Shown: one piece after another, positions 1 to 13,578 of the stretch
How positions within the stretch are numbered: the first letter of the stretch is position 1
Layout of the letters: each line of letters starts with the position of its first letter
Source of the DNA: Octopus sinensis
Lineage: Eukaryota
DNA: 64,000 bases
Assembly (NCBI RefSeq): GCF_006345805.1
Contig: NC_042999.1
Location: forward strand, 162,626,001-162,690,000
Direction: 5' to 3'
Notes under the pieces: generated by a model
Database searches by the model: none
Told to the model about the DNA's origin: nothing
The model's input: only the letters and a program-made list of their open reading frames with translations
Made by a program: the position numbers and the translations under genes

Positions 1-889
1 TGGATAGGAAAATAATAACAAAGTGCCAAATTTTGGGGACAGGTGTACTCAATAACAGGAACGTCAATACATAACTGGTACTTATTTTACTAATCCAGAT
101 GAAGGAAAGGTAGAATTAATCTCATAGAATTTGAACCCAAAACATAATGGGACAATGTAGTAGTAATAGTAGTAGTGGTGGTGGTGGTGGTAGTAGTAGT
201 AGTAGTAGTAACAACAACAACATAGACATATATGACATATTTGAAAGAGGAGCACAGTCAATTAAGCTGACTCCCAATACACAACTAATACTTATATCAA
301 CTCTCCAGAAGTATGAAAGACAAATTCAACACCAACAAGACTTAAACTTATATATATATATATGCAACAAAATCCTACCAAAAAATAATAGTAATAATTT
401 AAACAACTATTATTAAGATAAAAGGAAATAATTTTTAATACCAAATCTTTTTTTATAATTTTTTGGTTCAATAAATTTTATCAAATTTCAGTTTAAATGG
501 AAGATAAATAGTTCAATAAAAATTACATTATAGAAAAATAAATAACATTGGAAAATAAATAAATCCATGCATTAGAAAGGAATTGCATAAATTATTGTGA
601 CTGTATGCAAGGTAAGTATGTGACTGTATGCATGGAACAGCTTGGTTTGCAAACATTTTTATGATAACAGAACAAATGTCAATATGAAACACAGTAGCAT
701 GAAGGAGAGGAGAGATGACCACTACCATCGCAGATATGGTGCTCGTCTGTTATAGGTAATAAATCTGGTTGCTAATGACCAAAATTTGCTGAATCGTAAT
801 ATACATAACAATTTTGATTTTCAATTTACTTAAAAGAATGAAAATGCTCATTTCCTTTCTTGGTCCTCATTGATAAGGTATAAATGGCT

Positions 890-1135
890 TTATTTAATAC
901 AATCAGTGTTTAGTTCAAATTTTCTAAAGTCAGTGGTTGGAGAGAAAACATAGGTATGAGTATGAGTGGCCGAGATCTGGCAAGGATTGGGAAATGCATA
1001 GTACAAAGCCTGGGAGTAAGACACAGTAAGAGAAATGAGAGGAGGTGAAGTAGGTGATATACAACTAACAAATTCAGGAGAAAACCCTTTATAATTTTCA
1101 AATAAAGAGGCAGGAAGAGAATACAGCCCGCCCAT
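890..1135 (-). mobile_element. Possible degraded retroelement (Penelope-like) ORF fragment
   Basis: Weak protein-like remnant next to a tandem duplication; family assignment is tentative. Confidence 0.25.
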
Positions 1136-1180
1136 GCTTATTTGGATAATTTTGTTTTTGCAATTAAGAATATGTGTATG

Positions 1181-1502
1181 CTTATATAAGAATCACCCCT
1201 GAGGTCTGAGCAGCATTCTATTGTAGGTTAAATCTATGCCTTTCAAAACTGTCTTACCAAGAGAGAGAACATCTATAATGGCTATGAATTGATGACCTTC
1301 TACCCTCTGTTTTAAACATTGTTAATCTACTTCTAACTATGAGTATACTTATATAAGCAACATTCCTGAAGTCTGAGCAGTACTCTACTGTAGGGTGAAT
1401 CTAAACTTTTCAAAGCCGTCTTACCTAGAGAGAGAATGTCTCTAATGGCTGTGAACTGATGACCTTCTACCCTCAGTTTTAAACATTGTTAATCTACTTC
1501 TA
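1181..1502. repeat. Direct tandem duplication, about 167-bp unit, 2 copies
   Basis: CTTATATAAG...TTTAAACATTGTTAATCTACTTCTA occurs at about 1181-1335 and 1348-1502. Confidence 0.85.
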
Positions 1503-1559
1503 TTTCATAAAACTCTAAGTGTTAGCAATGACTGAATCAACTTAGTATCAGACACCCAG

Positions 1560-3230
1560 CCAAAAGACTAGTAGTTCATATCTTGTTACCAGCACTACAC
1601 CATGTCTATGACCAAGATCTTAAACTCTAAATAACCAAATCTACAAGCTCCCACAAAGTCAATCAAGTAGTATCATTATAAAACAAGAGCCATTCAAAAA
1701 CTAATGCAAGTTTGGGTGATGTTAGAAGTGCTAATAATATACAAAACAACTCACTGATTCACATGGATTGGAGCACCAAAACTACTCTTCTGATTGATGA
1801 TAATCAACAGCATTCCTTAGTATGATAGACTAATGAAATCTGACCAGAAAAGGCAAATAAGGTAGAATTAAAAGCCTCCAGCCAACAGGATAACCTTCAC
1901 CAATGGATTGCCCACTTTCAGCATCTTGGGAAACCATCAATCATTACTGACAAGCTTGTAGAAACTAGTATAAACTACAAACTGAATATTAAAGTGAGTA
2001 ACTACACAGCAGATGAACTAACAGTGCTCTGACTAAAAAGATATTTGAAACCAGGTCATTTAATGATATACTTTAACTGATTAACTCTGTCTACAGTCAA
2101 AATCCACACAATAAATAGACTGAAGGCTGTATCCTCCCTTTGTCTGAAAAAGGTGACTTGACTTAGCAGAGAGTTACTGGAGTATTAACAGCTGGAATTC
2201 GAGAAAATTTTTCATTAAGTGTCTAATAGATGGTGCTTGAGCAAAGAAGCTTCCAGCCTTTCTGTTATTTGTACATTTCTCCATTCACAAACATAAGATA
2301 CTATAAATTCTACCAGTCTATGGAATCCTTCAAGAAATAGTAGATACTCCACAGAAACATTTCAGCATAGAATTTTTTGAGATTTTTTTATGGTGTTTTA
2401 CAAGGAGACACTAGCATCTTCCTTATTCATACTCTGTCTTGACTAAGTTCCCTGCACTTCAATACATTACAACATGGAACATGGCATTATCTTCACAAAA
2501 TTAAGAAGTTCTAGATACCTAGCTTCTACAATAACAGATGCAGATTTATCTGAAGACTTAGCCTTAATATTGTTTACAATAGGAGCCACTATCCTCTTTC
2601 ACATTCTGAAAGATACCACAGGAGGCATTAATCCTTATGTAACACTAGAAAAATTAAATTCTTCAGTTACAACTTGGAGGGGATGATCATTTCATTGTCT
2701 AAGATTGATAAAACCAGTAAACTTTTTTACATACCTCATGGACAACATACAGCTATGTATCAACAAAGCTTGGACAACACTTTAGTGTCAACATTATACA
2801 GATATTTCACCTTTTAAAGTATCTAAGTGTTTGAATCTGCATTACTTTATGACTCTTCTGCATGGATACTAACAAGAAGGCTTGAGAGTACACTTGATGG
2901 TGCCTACATGTGCATGCGTCCATGCTCTTTTGAAAATGTCCAGGAAAGAACATCCTATACAAGAAAGACTGTACAAAAAGCTTCCAAAATCCAACAGCAT
3001 CCGAGAAAGAAAAGTTCACTTTGCTTTCTGTTGAAGTAAGGAGGAGCTGATTACTGACACTCTCTTCTGGACAGCTTGACATAGCCATAATTGTATTGGT
3101 TGCCCCATAGAAACAAATATTACTGAATCTCATTGGGTGGAATTATCACATGTCATGGCAAATAGAAATGAGTATAAGATCTGGGTCAAGTGAATTCAAT
3201 CAAGCTTGATCTGAAGATGATGATAATGGC
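1560..3230 (+). mobile_element. Highly degraded RTE-clade LINE (RT remnants)
   Basis: GVLQGDT motif near 2392, RSSRYLASTITDADLSEDLAL (decayed YADD region), LLYDSSAWILTRRLESTLDG, and a GAT-type tail near 3215. Confidence 0.7.
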
Positions 3231-3695
3231 TATCATTACCACTTCTAAGTGAACTAAAAAAAAAAAAAAGCTAACTAACTTCAATACAAAAAAGTAAACC
3301 CTACAACCTCTGACTAAATATTTGCTAACTTTTCTTAAAATTAAAATACTCATTACTATTGAAAAATGTAACACGAGTTCATCTAGGCATTCCAATTACA
3401 TTTGTAAAAATATCTATCCTGGTTACATTAGCATGAAAAATATGGATGTGCAACAGTTGCTTGATTAGCAATGGAAACAAGAGGTATCAGCTCTTAAAAA
3501 AAAATTATAAGAAAACAAATGAATGTCACATAATTCCTTACATTATTAAGGATATCAAAATATATTTGGTCTTTATATAATGAGTCTACTGCAATAAGAT
3601 ATCTTATAATTCATTGAGTTCCCACAGAAAACATGGTGAAAAATAATATAGATATAAAAGAACTGAAAGAAAAAATAATATTTATCTGAAAGAAT

Positions 3696-4192
3696 TTATG
3701 AAGGGAAAATTTTGTAATCAGGATTCCATTCTGTTAGGATGCCAATGTAGGAGGAAATCATTCCCAGAAGACCCAATACTCCAGGGGAAAGGTTAACATG
3801 ATGTAACATGGCCATAGGTAAAGGTAAGTCTGTGGTATTACGTATTAGATCAAACAATAATGGCTTGTTTTTCAGCAAACTAAAAACATACAGCTGTAAC
3901 TGAGAGCAATTCTTCATAGCAGTGTTGTTAGTTATACACCCCAGTTGGTAAAAGTCTCTTCCAATGCTGCATAAAATACTTGCCAGCCAGAACTGGGCAG
4001 ATAATTCAGAAATCTTAGAACGATTGACCTTTAACATACCAACACGGTCCAACCAAATTAAATTATCAAACAGCAGATACAAGGCATTATTGATCTTCGC
4101 TAAAGAGATCAAGGTCCTCAAGACTATATCATCAACATGTAAAGTCTTTAATGTACTGTTCAGCAGTTCAAAACTTTTCCCAAAACGAAACA
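3696..4192 (-). CDS. PEX11: PEX11 coding exon 3 (terminal)
   Basis: Acceptor CTTTTCAG. Translates (M)FRFGKS...LYLLFDNLIWLDRVG...RDFYQL...LLFDLIRNTTDLPLP...GVLGLLGMISS...WNPDYKIFPS*, typical of the PEX11 C-terminus. Spliced product is 229 aa from ATG 27705 or 262 aa from ATG 27804. Confidence 0.93.
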
Positions 4193-4560
4193 CTGAAAAG
4201 AAAATAAATAGATAAATAAATAAATTGATGTAATTTCAAAACGAAATTTCCGTTGTATTTTTTAAAATTAAAACATCAATTAAACTGAATTAAATTTTGA
4301 AAAGAATTTAAAACACTTCAATATGATTTAAAAACACTTAAAACATATGATTCATTAGAAATAAGTAAAAGTTTCAGGAGGTAATTCACACAGAAAAATC
4401 TAAAATTGAACAAAATACCAGTTCATATTAACAGCTCACTTATGCTGTGCTGTGTCCCTTACAAAATACATTTTGTTGGGTCATCAGTGGTTCCCAGACT
4501 TTTTCTGACTGCCATCCCCTTGACACTCAGGCTACATTCTTGGTGCCCACACTCCATGGA

Positions 4561-4931
4561 TGGAAGCACTCCATTGGTTACGACGACGAGGGTTCCGGTT
4601 GATCTGATCAACGGAACAGTCTGCTCCTGAAATTGACGTGTAAGTGGCTGAGCACTCCACAGACACGTGTACCCTTAACGTAGTTCTCGGGGATATTCAG
4701 CGTGACACAAGGCCGGTCCTTTGAAATACAGGTACAACAGAAACAGGAAGAAAGAGTGAGAGAAAGTTGTGGTGAAAGAGTACAGCAGGGATCACCACCA
4801 TCCCTGCCGGAGCCTCGTGGAGCTTTAGGTGTTTTCGCTCAATAAACACTCACAACGCCCGGTCTGGGAATCGAAACCGCGATCCTATGACCATGAGTCC
4901 GCTGCCCTAACCACTGGGCCATTGCGCCTCC
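4561..4931 (-). mobile_element. tRNA-derived SINE, family C
   Basis: Head GGAGGCGCAATGGCCCAGTGGTTAGGGC...GTTTCGATTCC (A and B boxes). Near-identical copy at 27066-27435. Confidence 0.85.
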
Positions 4932-5460
4932 CCACACTCCATACCACCACAAACATAGACCTCTTTCTACTACAAATTCTGACAAATGTATTTCACAAAT
5001 AAAACAACCCATTATTTTGTTGTTTTTACAGTATGAAAGAGTAAATTTACATCTCACCTGTAACTATGTTGTTTTCATATTTTTAATGTGATGAATGTAT
5101 ATTGTGCAGGACTATCAGCTTCTCGATGTTTGGCTGAAAGGTACTAAGGTACTAAGAAGTAGTCTTAGATCTCTGAGTTCAATAATTTTCAGTCTGTTTC
5201 CTTGCTTAGAAAGAATCAGAGCAACTGCATTGAAACCCCACTCCACAAAATATGATATTAGAAAGACAATAAAGTACATCTTGAGTTTGTTCCACAGTGC
5301 AGGGTAGCAGTCAGAAATGTCCTTTTGCAATCAAAAACCTTAGCATGATTTCCTGAGCTTTGGCCTCAGCTCAATGTCATTTTGAAGTGAAATCAACTCT
5401 TTCCCCACAATTCTTATTTCCTCATTACTGATTATAGAGTGTTTTGCAGACACACTTAAC

Positions 5461-5666
5461 TCTTACTCTTTTACTTGTTTCAGTCATTTGACTGTGGCCA
5501 TGCTGGAGCACCACCTTTAGTCGAGCAAATCGACCCCAGGACTTAATCTTTGTAAGCCTAGTACTTATTCTATCAGTCTCTTTTGCCGAACTGCTAAGTT
5601 ACGGGGACGTAAACACACCAGCAGCGGTTGTCAAGCAATGTTGGGGAGACAAACACAGACACACAA

Positions 5667-5728
<62 letters not shown>

Positions 5729-6100
5729 GAAAGAATGGAGTCGAACAACGATTTAACAAAATTCCTTTATTCTCGACATATGTTTCGAAGACTGCATATT
5801 CTTAATTCTGAAGGAATAAAGGGTGCATTATGCCGCCTTCTCATCTGACGTGAATTTGCTACCCGGGTATCAGTTAACCGAATTATCCATACTAGGATAA
5901 TTCATTCAACTACTTATATATATATATATACATATATTCGATGGGCTTCTTTCAGTTTCTGTCAACCAAATCCACTCACAAGGCTTTGGTCGGCCTGGGG
6001 CTATAGTAGAAGACACTTGCCCAAGGTGCCTCGCAGTGAGACTGAACCCGGAACCATGTGGTTCGTAAGCAAGCTATTTACCACACAGCCATTCCTATGC
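5461..6100 (-). mobile_element. tRNA-derived SINE, family A (CORE-like TTGGGCAAG segment, internal TA/TG microsatellite), with insert 5721-5915
   Basis: Matches five other copies in the window; GTAAAAGA-repeat tail. Confidence 0.9.
5769..5855 (-). ncRNA. Degenerate Penelope-type hammerhead-like motif
   Basis: Minus strand: CAGAUGA (core U>A), long stem II GAAGGCGGCAUA/UAUGCAGUCUUC, GAAA, palindromic stem III ACAUAUGU, then C and a downstream AAUAAA. Confidence 0.45.
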
Positions 6101-6374
6101 TTACTCCTACACTAAGTACAACTTTTTCAATAAACTGATGAAGCACTGATGACAACCTACCATCAATGCTATCCTGTCTATTGCTCAAACACAAAATACT
6201 GACATTTCTTTTGTATTTGTTTCTAGTCTTACAATTAATAGCTTTTGAACCAAATGTTAATCTTTGACAAAACTAACATAAGAAAGAACCATACTTTTAT
6301 TGTCTGGCAAAGGGGATTAATCTAACTATAAGCTAATTTTGGTTGTTCTAAGTATGTTGCACAATATATCTTCA

Positions 6375-6600
6375 GTGCCGCCTCGACTGGCTTCCGTGCC
6401 GGTGGCACGTAAAATGCACCAATCCGACCGTGGCCGTTGCCAGCCTCGCCTGGCACCTGTGCGGGTGGCATGTAAAAAGCACCCACTACACTCACGGAGT
6501 GGTTGGCGTTAGGAAGGGCATCCAGCTGTAGAAACATTGCCAGATAAGACTGGAGCCTGGTGCATGGAGAACAGACATTAAACGATGATGATGATGATGT
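6375..6600 (+). mobile_element. RTE LINE 3' UTR fragment with (GAT)n tail
   Basis: Near-identical to about 18910-19186. Confidence 0.85.
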
Positions 6601-6769
6601 TATAGTATTCAACATTTTGAAACACTTGTAACATGCATTTTTAGAGAAAAAAAATTTTGTTCCAAAACATTTTTCCTGAATAAAGATGGCTAATATGTGT
6701 TTCAGAATGTGGAATACTGCAACATGATGAAAAAAAAAAAAAGCCTATTCTTATTCTAGCAGCTATGCT

Positions 6770-7065
6770 CTCACAGTATCGACTCCTGCTACTGACTTAG
6801 TCATCTAGGTAACAGAAGCAATCAACTACTTTTAAGTATCCCCGCCCCCTGGCATTTAATGGAGTCTATTTTCTGTACATTTTTAGTGTTTATAATACCT
6901 GTGCACCTTCCATATACAAAAACTATTTTCCCTGTTAACCTTCCTCTAAAATTGCTGCATCTCTTATGTGTCCATAGCTTACACCAGGTATATCTTATGG
7001 AGTTTTTACCTATGCCTTTTCTACAGATCGAGCAGGGCCGTCTACCTGAAAGGATTTATCAAAAC
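6770..7065 (-). mobile_element. RTE ORF fragment (Cys-rich finger region)
   Basis: Homologous to 17440-17670 (PCSICRK...LWTHKRCS). Confidence 0.65.
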
Positions 7066-7926
7066 TGAATACTTGATCAGCTCTCTAGTCATAGCCATTC
7101 TGTCTTTAATAGGGGACACAATATCCTTAATTTTCAGACTTTAAAAATATTTGATTTCAGTCATAGATGGTAAGTAACTTGTTGAAAGACTTTTTCATCA
7201 ATTATGGTGTGGGTAATCATTTACAATTATAATCTTGCAAAAACTTCTATTGTCTTGGGAGGGTCGTTACGCCAATAATAAGAAGAATTAATCTTATACC
7301 TGTGTATGTATGCCTGTATGTATGTATGTAGAAGTGTGTTTACTTACAAAGAGTTTGTGTGTGTGTGTTTGTGTGTACACTCATGTAACTGCTTGTATGT
7401 GAATTGTATTTGCAAGTGTGAGTGCATTAGCTATCCATGACCTCTTTAAGGGTTTGGCCTTTTGTTCAAAGTCAGTTTGGTCTCAGATCTATTGGGATTC
7501 ATTTATCATCCTGTAAAGATTTATGGATGTAGTTCCTTATGTAGAGAGGTGTAGGGGAGGTGTGTGTGTGTGAGCATCTGCGTAAGTGCGCATGTGCATG
7601 TGTATGTCTGACCTGTCTTTGTTTAAAAAATTACAATGGTTTCGTTGAGAGAAATAGCCACGATGTATAAATCATTTTTTATTTGTCCTTTGTCCCCTTG
7701 TATCAATTTGAGAAATTATTATTGTAATTAATGTTTTTATTCTTAAATATTTAATTTAATTTAGTTTTTTATTATGAATGTTATTGAATCATTAACTCAT
7801 TAAGATAAAGTTGTCCAGATGCTTGAGAAGACCGATAGATTAGCTATTTTTAATTTGTTGCTTTTTAGACAGAATCAAAAGCATTCCAGTTGTGGCTGTT
7901 TAATATTTTTTCCCCCAGTAATTATA

Positions 7927-8337
7927 TACTCTCTTTTACTTGTTTCAGTCATTTGACTGCGGCCATGCTGGAGCACCGCCTTTTTTTAGTCGAGCAAATC
8001 GACCCCGGGACTTATTCTTTGTAAGCCCAGTACTTATTCTATCGGTCTCTTTCAACGAACCGCTAAGTGACAGGGACGTAAACACACCAGCATCGGTTGT
8101 CAAGCAATGCTAGGGGGACAAACACAGACACACACACACACGTGCATATATATATATATATACATACATATATACGACAGGCTTCTTTCAGTTTCCGTCT
8201 ACCAAATCCACTCACAAGGCTTTGGTCAGCCCGAGGCTATAGTAGAAGACACTTGCCCAAAATGCCACGCAGTGGGACTGAACCCGGAACCATGTGGTTG
8301 GTAGGCAAGCTACTTACCACACAGCCACTCCTGCGCC
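7927..8337 (-). mobile_element. SINE family A, full length
   Basis: Head GGCGCAGGAGTGGCTGTGTGGTAAG...GGTTCAGTCCC, complete tail. Confidence 0.92.
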
Positions 8338-9276
8338 TATATATATAGGATTACATTATGAAAGGACATGAGTTTTGGAAGAGCATAAAGTTGAGGCAGA
8401 TATGGTTGCTATTTAAGCAGCTTGAGCAACCATGTAGATGCTCCTTTCACTGCTTCATAATGACATAAAAGCTCTCTCATAAGCTCATAATGGTATAGAG
8501 GCTCTTTTATCAAATTAGTGCCAAAGGAGCTCATTGATTCATAATGGTGTAGAGATATTCTCATCGGCTTTGGCTGTGCTGTGACTGTCTCACTGAGCCT
8601 GGAACTATGTAGAGGCTCCTTTTGTTGATATTTCTCACTCATTGTTGATGCTGTAGTGTTGCTGACACTCATATACCCAAGTTCACCAGATGTTAGTCAA
8701 TGCCACAGGCTATTGAGGAATTATAGATTATTGTAGAATTGCTTCATAGCTGTAGTGTTGATTCAGGACCATCCCTAGCTTAACTTGGAGTGTGGTAGCA
8801 GGCTGTTTTAGATACACTGTTTGAAGACAAAGTTTTCAGTGACACTTGTGTGTCCGAGGGGACAAAATAAGCCATTCATTCATGCAAGTCCAAGGTTTAC
8901 ATTCTTAACAAATTTTGGAGGAAGGAGAATACCTGATTAAATCAAATCCCAGTACATAAACTAATTTCATCAAGATTTGACATTCTCATTATACTGATTT
9001 CTAATGAAGATACCAAACAAATTTGGGAAAAGAGTGAAGTCAACTAATTCAGTCCCAGTACTTGATAGTACTCAATTCAACAACCTCAGAAAAATGAGAG
9101 ACAAGGTTGATTCTGGCAGGATATCAACTAAGAATGTAAAGAGCAGTAACCATATACCACAACATAATAGGTCTGCCCCACTTCTGATTGTGGTTCCATG
9201 TATCCATTACCATTTCTTTCTGGTTATAATTATTAAAAACCCAGTTACAATAACAATAACAGCAATATTAACCTAC

Positions 9277-9392
9277 TTTTGCGAGATGTACTGATGGAGC
9301 TGTCCAATAATTTTAACTTCTGTACCAGCGGAGCCTGGTAGTGGCTTTTCTGAATGTACCACCAAGCAAATTTACTGCTGTACTGAATCAAC
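9277..9392 (-). CDS. PEX11: PEX11 coding exon 2 (116 nt)
   Basis: Acceptor TTTCTAG, donor GTAGGT. Translates (R)LIQYSSKFAWWYIQKSHYQAPLVQKLKLLDSSISTSRK, matching the PEX11 LxQY...L...S.SRK amphipathic-helix region. Phases fit both neighbouring exons. Confidence 0.92.
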
Positions 9393-10754
9393 CTAGAAAT
9401 ATAAAGATATAAAGTGTGAACTATTAGTCAAAGTAACATACAGAAAATATGTAGTAGTACTTATTTTATTGATCTGGAGAAATAAAAGGAATATTAATAA
9501 TTTCTTACACTGGCCAAGAATCACAACTTAATCAACACCAGCATTTAAGCAGTACTTATTTTATTGACTGCTCCACTCCACCTCAAAGTCCTGAATGTAT
9601 GAAAAACAAAATTTTAACGTTTCATTATATAAGAAATAAGTAGACTCAGCAAAAATAATAAGAAAGTAGAAATATAGGACTTACAACAAAATACATAACA
9701 AAAAAAAACCCGGGGCACCACCTTCAGAGATGAATGTCCAAGGCCTATTGTGGTCATCTCTGTGTATATCTTGGCCCCCTAATTTTTCAGTGTACATAAC
9801 ATCTCTAGTTTGGTTGAGTTTGCTCTACTTTGGTAGTAGCCTTTTGTATATGGCTGATCTGGTATGTTAGTCACATTTGATAATTCTTTTGGTAACTGAG
9901 GACATTTAAATGACAAATGATGCAAAAATTTGAGGAAGTGGGTGTTTAGATCTGACAGCTATCCCTAATTCCTCTTATTTTTTCCTACACAAAATGTTTA
10001 AGAATCTTTCACATAGATATTATGGCATACCATTCCTACCAGCATTCCAAAGAGTAGAGAAAGTCCCATTCAGAGATGTTCATAATAACTACGATCTCCA
10101 AATTTGCTCATATTTTTTAGTGAATGTTTTTTGCAATCTTTCCAATTGGTAGATATGAACTGGGCTGCTAGTATATCATAGTTTTCAGCAGTAGTTTGAG
10201 CTTCATAAAGTAAGGATTTCTAAGTGCCAATATTACTGTCAGGTAATATCCTCAGTACACAATCACTGATCTCTCAACATACTGACAGTTTGTGAATATG
10301 GTTAGAGAAACGTGCATTTGCAGACACAGCAATGCTCATATAACAAATGTGCTCAGGGTTTTGAATTGGTATAAATATTAGAAGAAGCCTAAAAGAAGTT
10401 ATGATTTTTTTACTTTCTCACTAGAAACATATCAGTAACAGTTCCAGCTGAGAATTAGAACAAACTTACTTATCTAATTTACTGAGACTTACTACTACAC
10501 CACACCAGCAAAATTATACTGATTATAAAATTTCTATTGTATTTATATTTTCCCTACTAGGTAAAATGTATGAACTGGTATATTTGATAAAGCACTTACT
10601 TTCAATCATTCAGCTGTAGAGTAACTAAATACTGTGAAGTGTCTGATCTGGCAATTTATATATTTTATGTTCATTCACCATTCTAGTATCAAAAATAAAT
10701 TCCAACAGTGGCATAAGTCCACAAACTTTGTGCACAGGGAGATACTAGAAAGTC

Positions 10755-11012
10755 AGACAAGGGCTGGCAAGCTGGAAGGCTGCACCAGGCTCCAGTATGA
10801 TTTGGCATGGTTTCTACAACTGGATGCCCTTCCTAATGCCAACTACTCCAAGAATGTAATAGGTGCTTTTATGTGCCAAAAAAGCACCCATTACACTCTC
10901 AAAGAAACCATGCCAAATCAGGCTAGAGTTTGGTGCAGCTTTCCAGCTTGCCAGCCCTGGTCAAACTGTCCAACCCATGCCAGCAGGGACAATGGACGTT
11001 AAATGATGATGA
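10755..11012 (+). mobile_element. Rearranged RTE 3' UTR remnants
   Basis: GTCCAACCCATGCCAGCA...GGACGTTAAATGATGATGAT tail plus an inverted piece of the same UTR. Confidence 0.6.
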
Positions 11013-12299
11013 TTGGTCAAAAGCAGATAATAAGGTTGCTCTTGACTGCTTTTAAGACAAAGTACTTCCTAAACATGGTATCAGAAAAAATGTCCACCAA
11101 CTTTGGAATGAAAAGGAAATGTCTGAGATCAGTATGACCCAACCTACCTGCCAAATTCATGTTATATGGAAAACAACTGGTTTATTGTCATAGAAATTGA
11201 AGTAAAGCACAGCACTGAGAGAAGACTACAAGATCTGCATGACTTTAATGAGCTTGATGAAATTATCATTGAACTTGAGAGAACAGAGGAGGATGTAGTC
11301 AGCAAGATAGGTGAAAAATAATGGAAACCAGGATAGTGATATGGGTACAATGGAGTATGCTTGTAATACTAGCACCCTAAGTACAGTTACCATCTGATCT
11401 GGAGAATGAGGAACAGGAAATACTCAACAGACTATCTGAATTGATAGTGTGTGGTAATCAACAAGGGCCAATTAACCTATGATAAGGAGAAATTGCATGA
11501 AGGTAGATAGGGTCTTGCAGTATGTACAGACAGATGGTATCACAGAATTACATGATTTGTTTAGGGCAGCTACAGTTGTAGCGGGAGAACAAGTAGCTAT
11601 TAGGCAGAAGGAAAATGTAAAGTAAAAGGAGCCCTGGCAAAAGAGGTGAACTGAATGTGAAAGTAATTCTGAAAAAGCACCTTGGGAAGATAGAGTTGGT
11701 ATAAGGACAGTTGGGTCTGTCATGAGCCATAGAACACATAAGACCAGAGCTTAATCCAGTTTCTAAGTAACTGAGATTACAATATTACCCCCTGAATGGG
11801 ATCTGTCGCAGGGTTAACTTCCCAGCTATTGCTGAGCAGGCTGAAGCAATGTGAAAATAAAGTGTTTTGCTCAAGAATATAATGCACCACTCAGTCAGAG
11901 AATCAAACCATGATGTTATGATCATGAGTGCAACATCCTAAGCACTAGGCCACAAATCTTCACATGGTGTATTTATTTGTGGCCAAATTATTGTGAAAAT
12001 TGGCAATGTTGCAGGAAAGACTCAGTTTTTTTTTTTATGTAAATAGTCATTTGAGCTAAAAATAATAAAAATTGTGTTTATGAGTAAAAAGATGAAAAGA
12101 AAGATATTAGTAACAAATTGAATTCAATTAGAAAAGACATAGATATACAACTGCAAACAAAAAACAAAAGTTTTTCCCTGATACACACATCAATTCTAGT
12201 AGCAAATGTTACAGAATGTAAAATGATAGAGAAAAGTATTAAAGTTTTCTTCTTTACATTGGAGAGAGATCATAACTTTCTTTAACATAAACATAAACA

Positions 12300-12700
12300 G
12301 GCGCAGGAGTGGCTGTGTGGTAAGTAGCTTGCTTACCAACCACATGGTTCCGGGTTCAGTCCCACTGCGTGGCATCTTGGGCAAGTGTCTTCTGCTATAG
12401 CCCCGGGCCGACCAATGCCTTGTGAGTGGATTTGGTAGGCGGAAACTGAAAGAAGCCTGTCGTACATATATATATGTGTGTGTGTTTGTGTGTCTGTGTT
12501 TGTCCCCCCCACCTAGCATTGCTTGACAACTGATGCTGGTGTGTTTACGTCCCCGTCACTTAGCGGTTCGGCAAAAAATGATAGAATAAGTACTGGGCTT
12601 ACAAAGAATAAGTCCCGGGGTCGATTTGTTCGACTAAAGGCGGTGCTCCAGCATGGCCACAGTCAAATGACTGAAACAAGTAAAAGAGTAAAAGAATAAA
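12300..12700 (+). mobile_element. SINE family A, full length
   Basis: Same head, body and tail as 7927-8337, in the opposite orientation. Confidence 0.92.
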
Positions 12701-12932
12701 CAATAGCGGATTGAGTCAGGCCAGATAGGGCTGAGAGATACAGGTGTTGTTGAGCAGATTTCTGTCATATATTTCAACAGATAGTGACCATCATGAATAA
12801 ACGCATAGCAATAACAATATCAAATATATAAATTGTATAAATACATAAAAACTTGCTTCTACAAAGAGTATACATAACCTTGAAAGACCACAAAGAAAAA
12901 CTTCACTGCAAAATCTTGAGTTCTATAATTTT

Positions 12933-13167
12933 TATTTCTTTACTACTCACAAGGGGCTAAACACAGAGGGTACAAACAAAGGGACAAACAAAGGGATTAA
13001 GTCGATTATATCGACCCCAGTGCATATCTGGTACTTAATTTATCGACCCCGAGAGGATGAAAGGCAAAGTCGACCTCTGCGGAATTTGAACTCGGAACAT
13101 AATGACAGACGAAATACGGCTACGCATTTTGCCCGGTGTGCTAACATTTCTGCCAGCTCGCCACCTT
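12933..13167 (-). mobile_element. SINE family B with Tx1/L1-like 3' tail
   Basis: Head GGCGAGCTGGCAGAA...GAGTTCAAATTCC, central GCCTTTCATCC...GGGGTCGATAAATTAAGTACC, tail CCCTCTGTGTTTAGCCCC...AAAGAAATA. Confidence 0.88.
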
Positions 13168-13578
13168 TAGTTCTATAATAATCCTGAGTTCTGTAATAAT
13201 CTTGCAAAGTATGAACTTGGTGTAGCCAGCAAACATATTCTAAACAAAATTATTCAATGACAAAATTAGGAAAGCTATCTACAATGAACAATATCATGCA
13301 TGCATGCATGCATTCATACATACACACACACACACACACATACAAACAAACGAACAAGAAAAAAATAACTTTGGCTTTGAAGTACTCTCTCAAAGAGAGA
13401 GTATTCTCTACCAAAGTGTTGTATGGGGAATCTGTTCAGCCCCATGATTGGCTAAGTGAACTATACTAGTTAGTACAAATGAGCATGTGCAGAACAGTCT
13501 GAGAAAAGTGCCATATGCTTTTTCGTGTTTTGGTAGCTGGCTGGGGAGTTTGCAGTGGATTTTTTGCATGCCATATTA

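Noticed and set aside
147-416. Ser/Gly/Asn-rich 89-aa ORF
   Set aside because: Trinucleotide microsatellites plus decayed SINE sequence.
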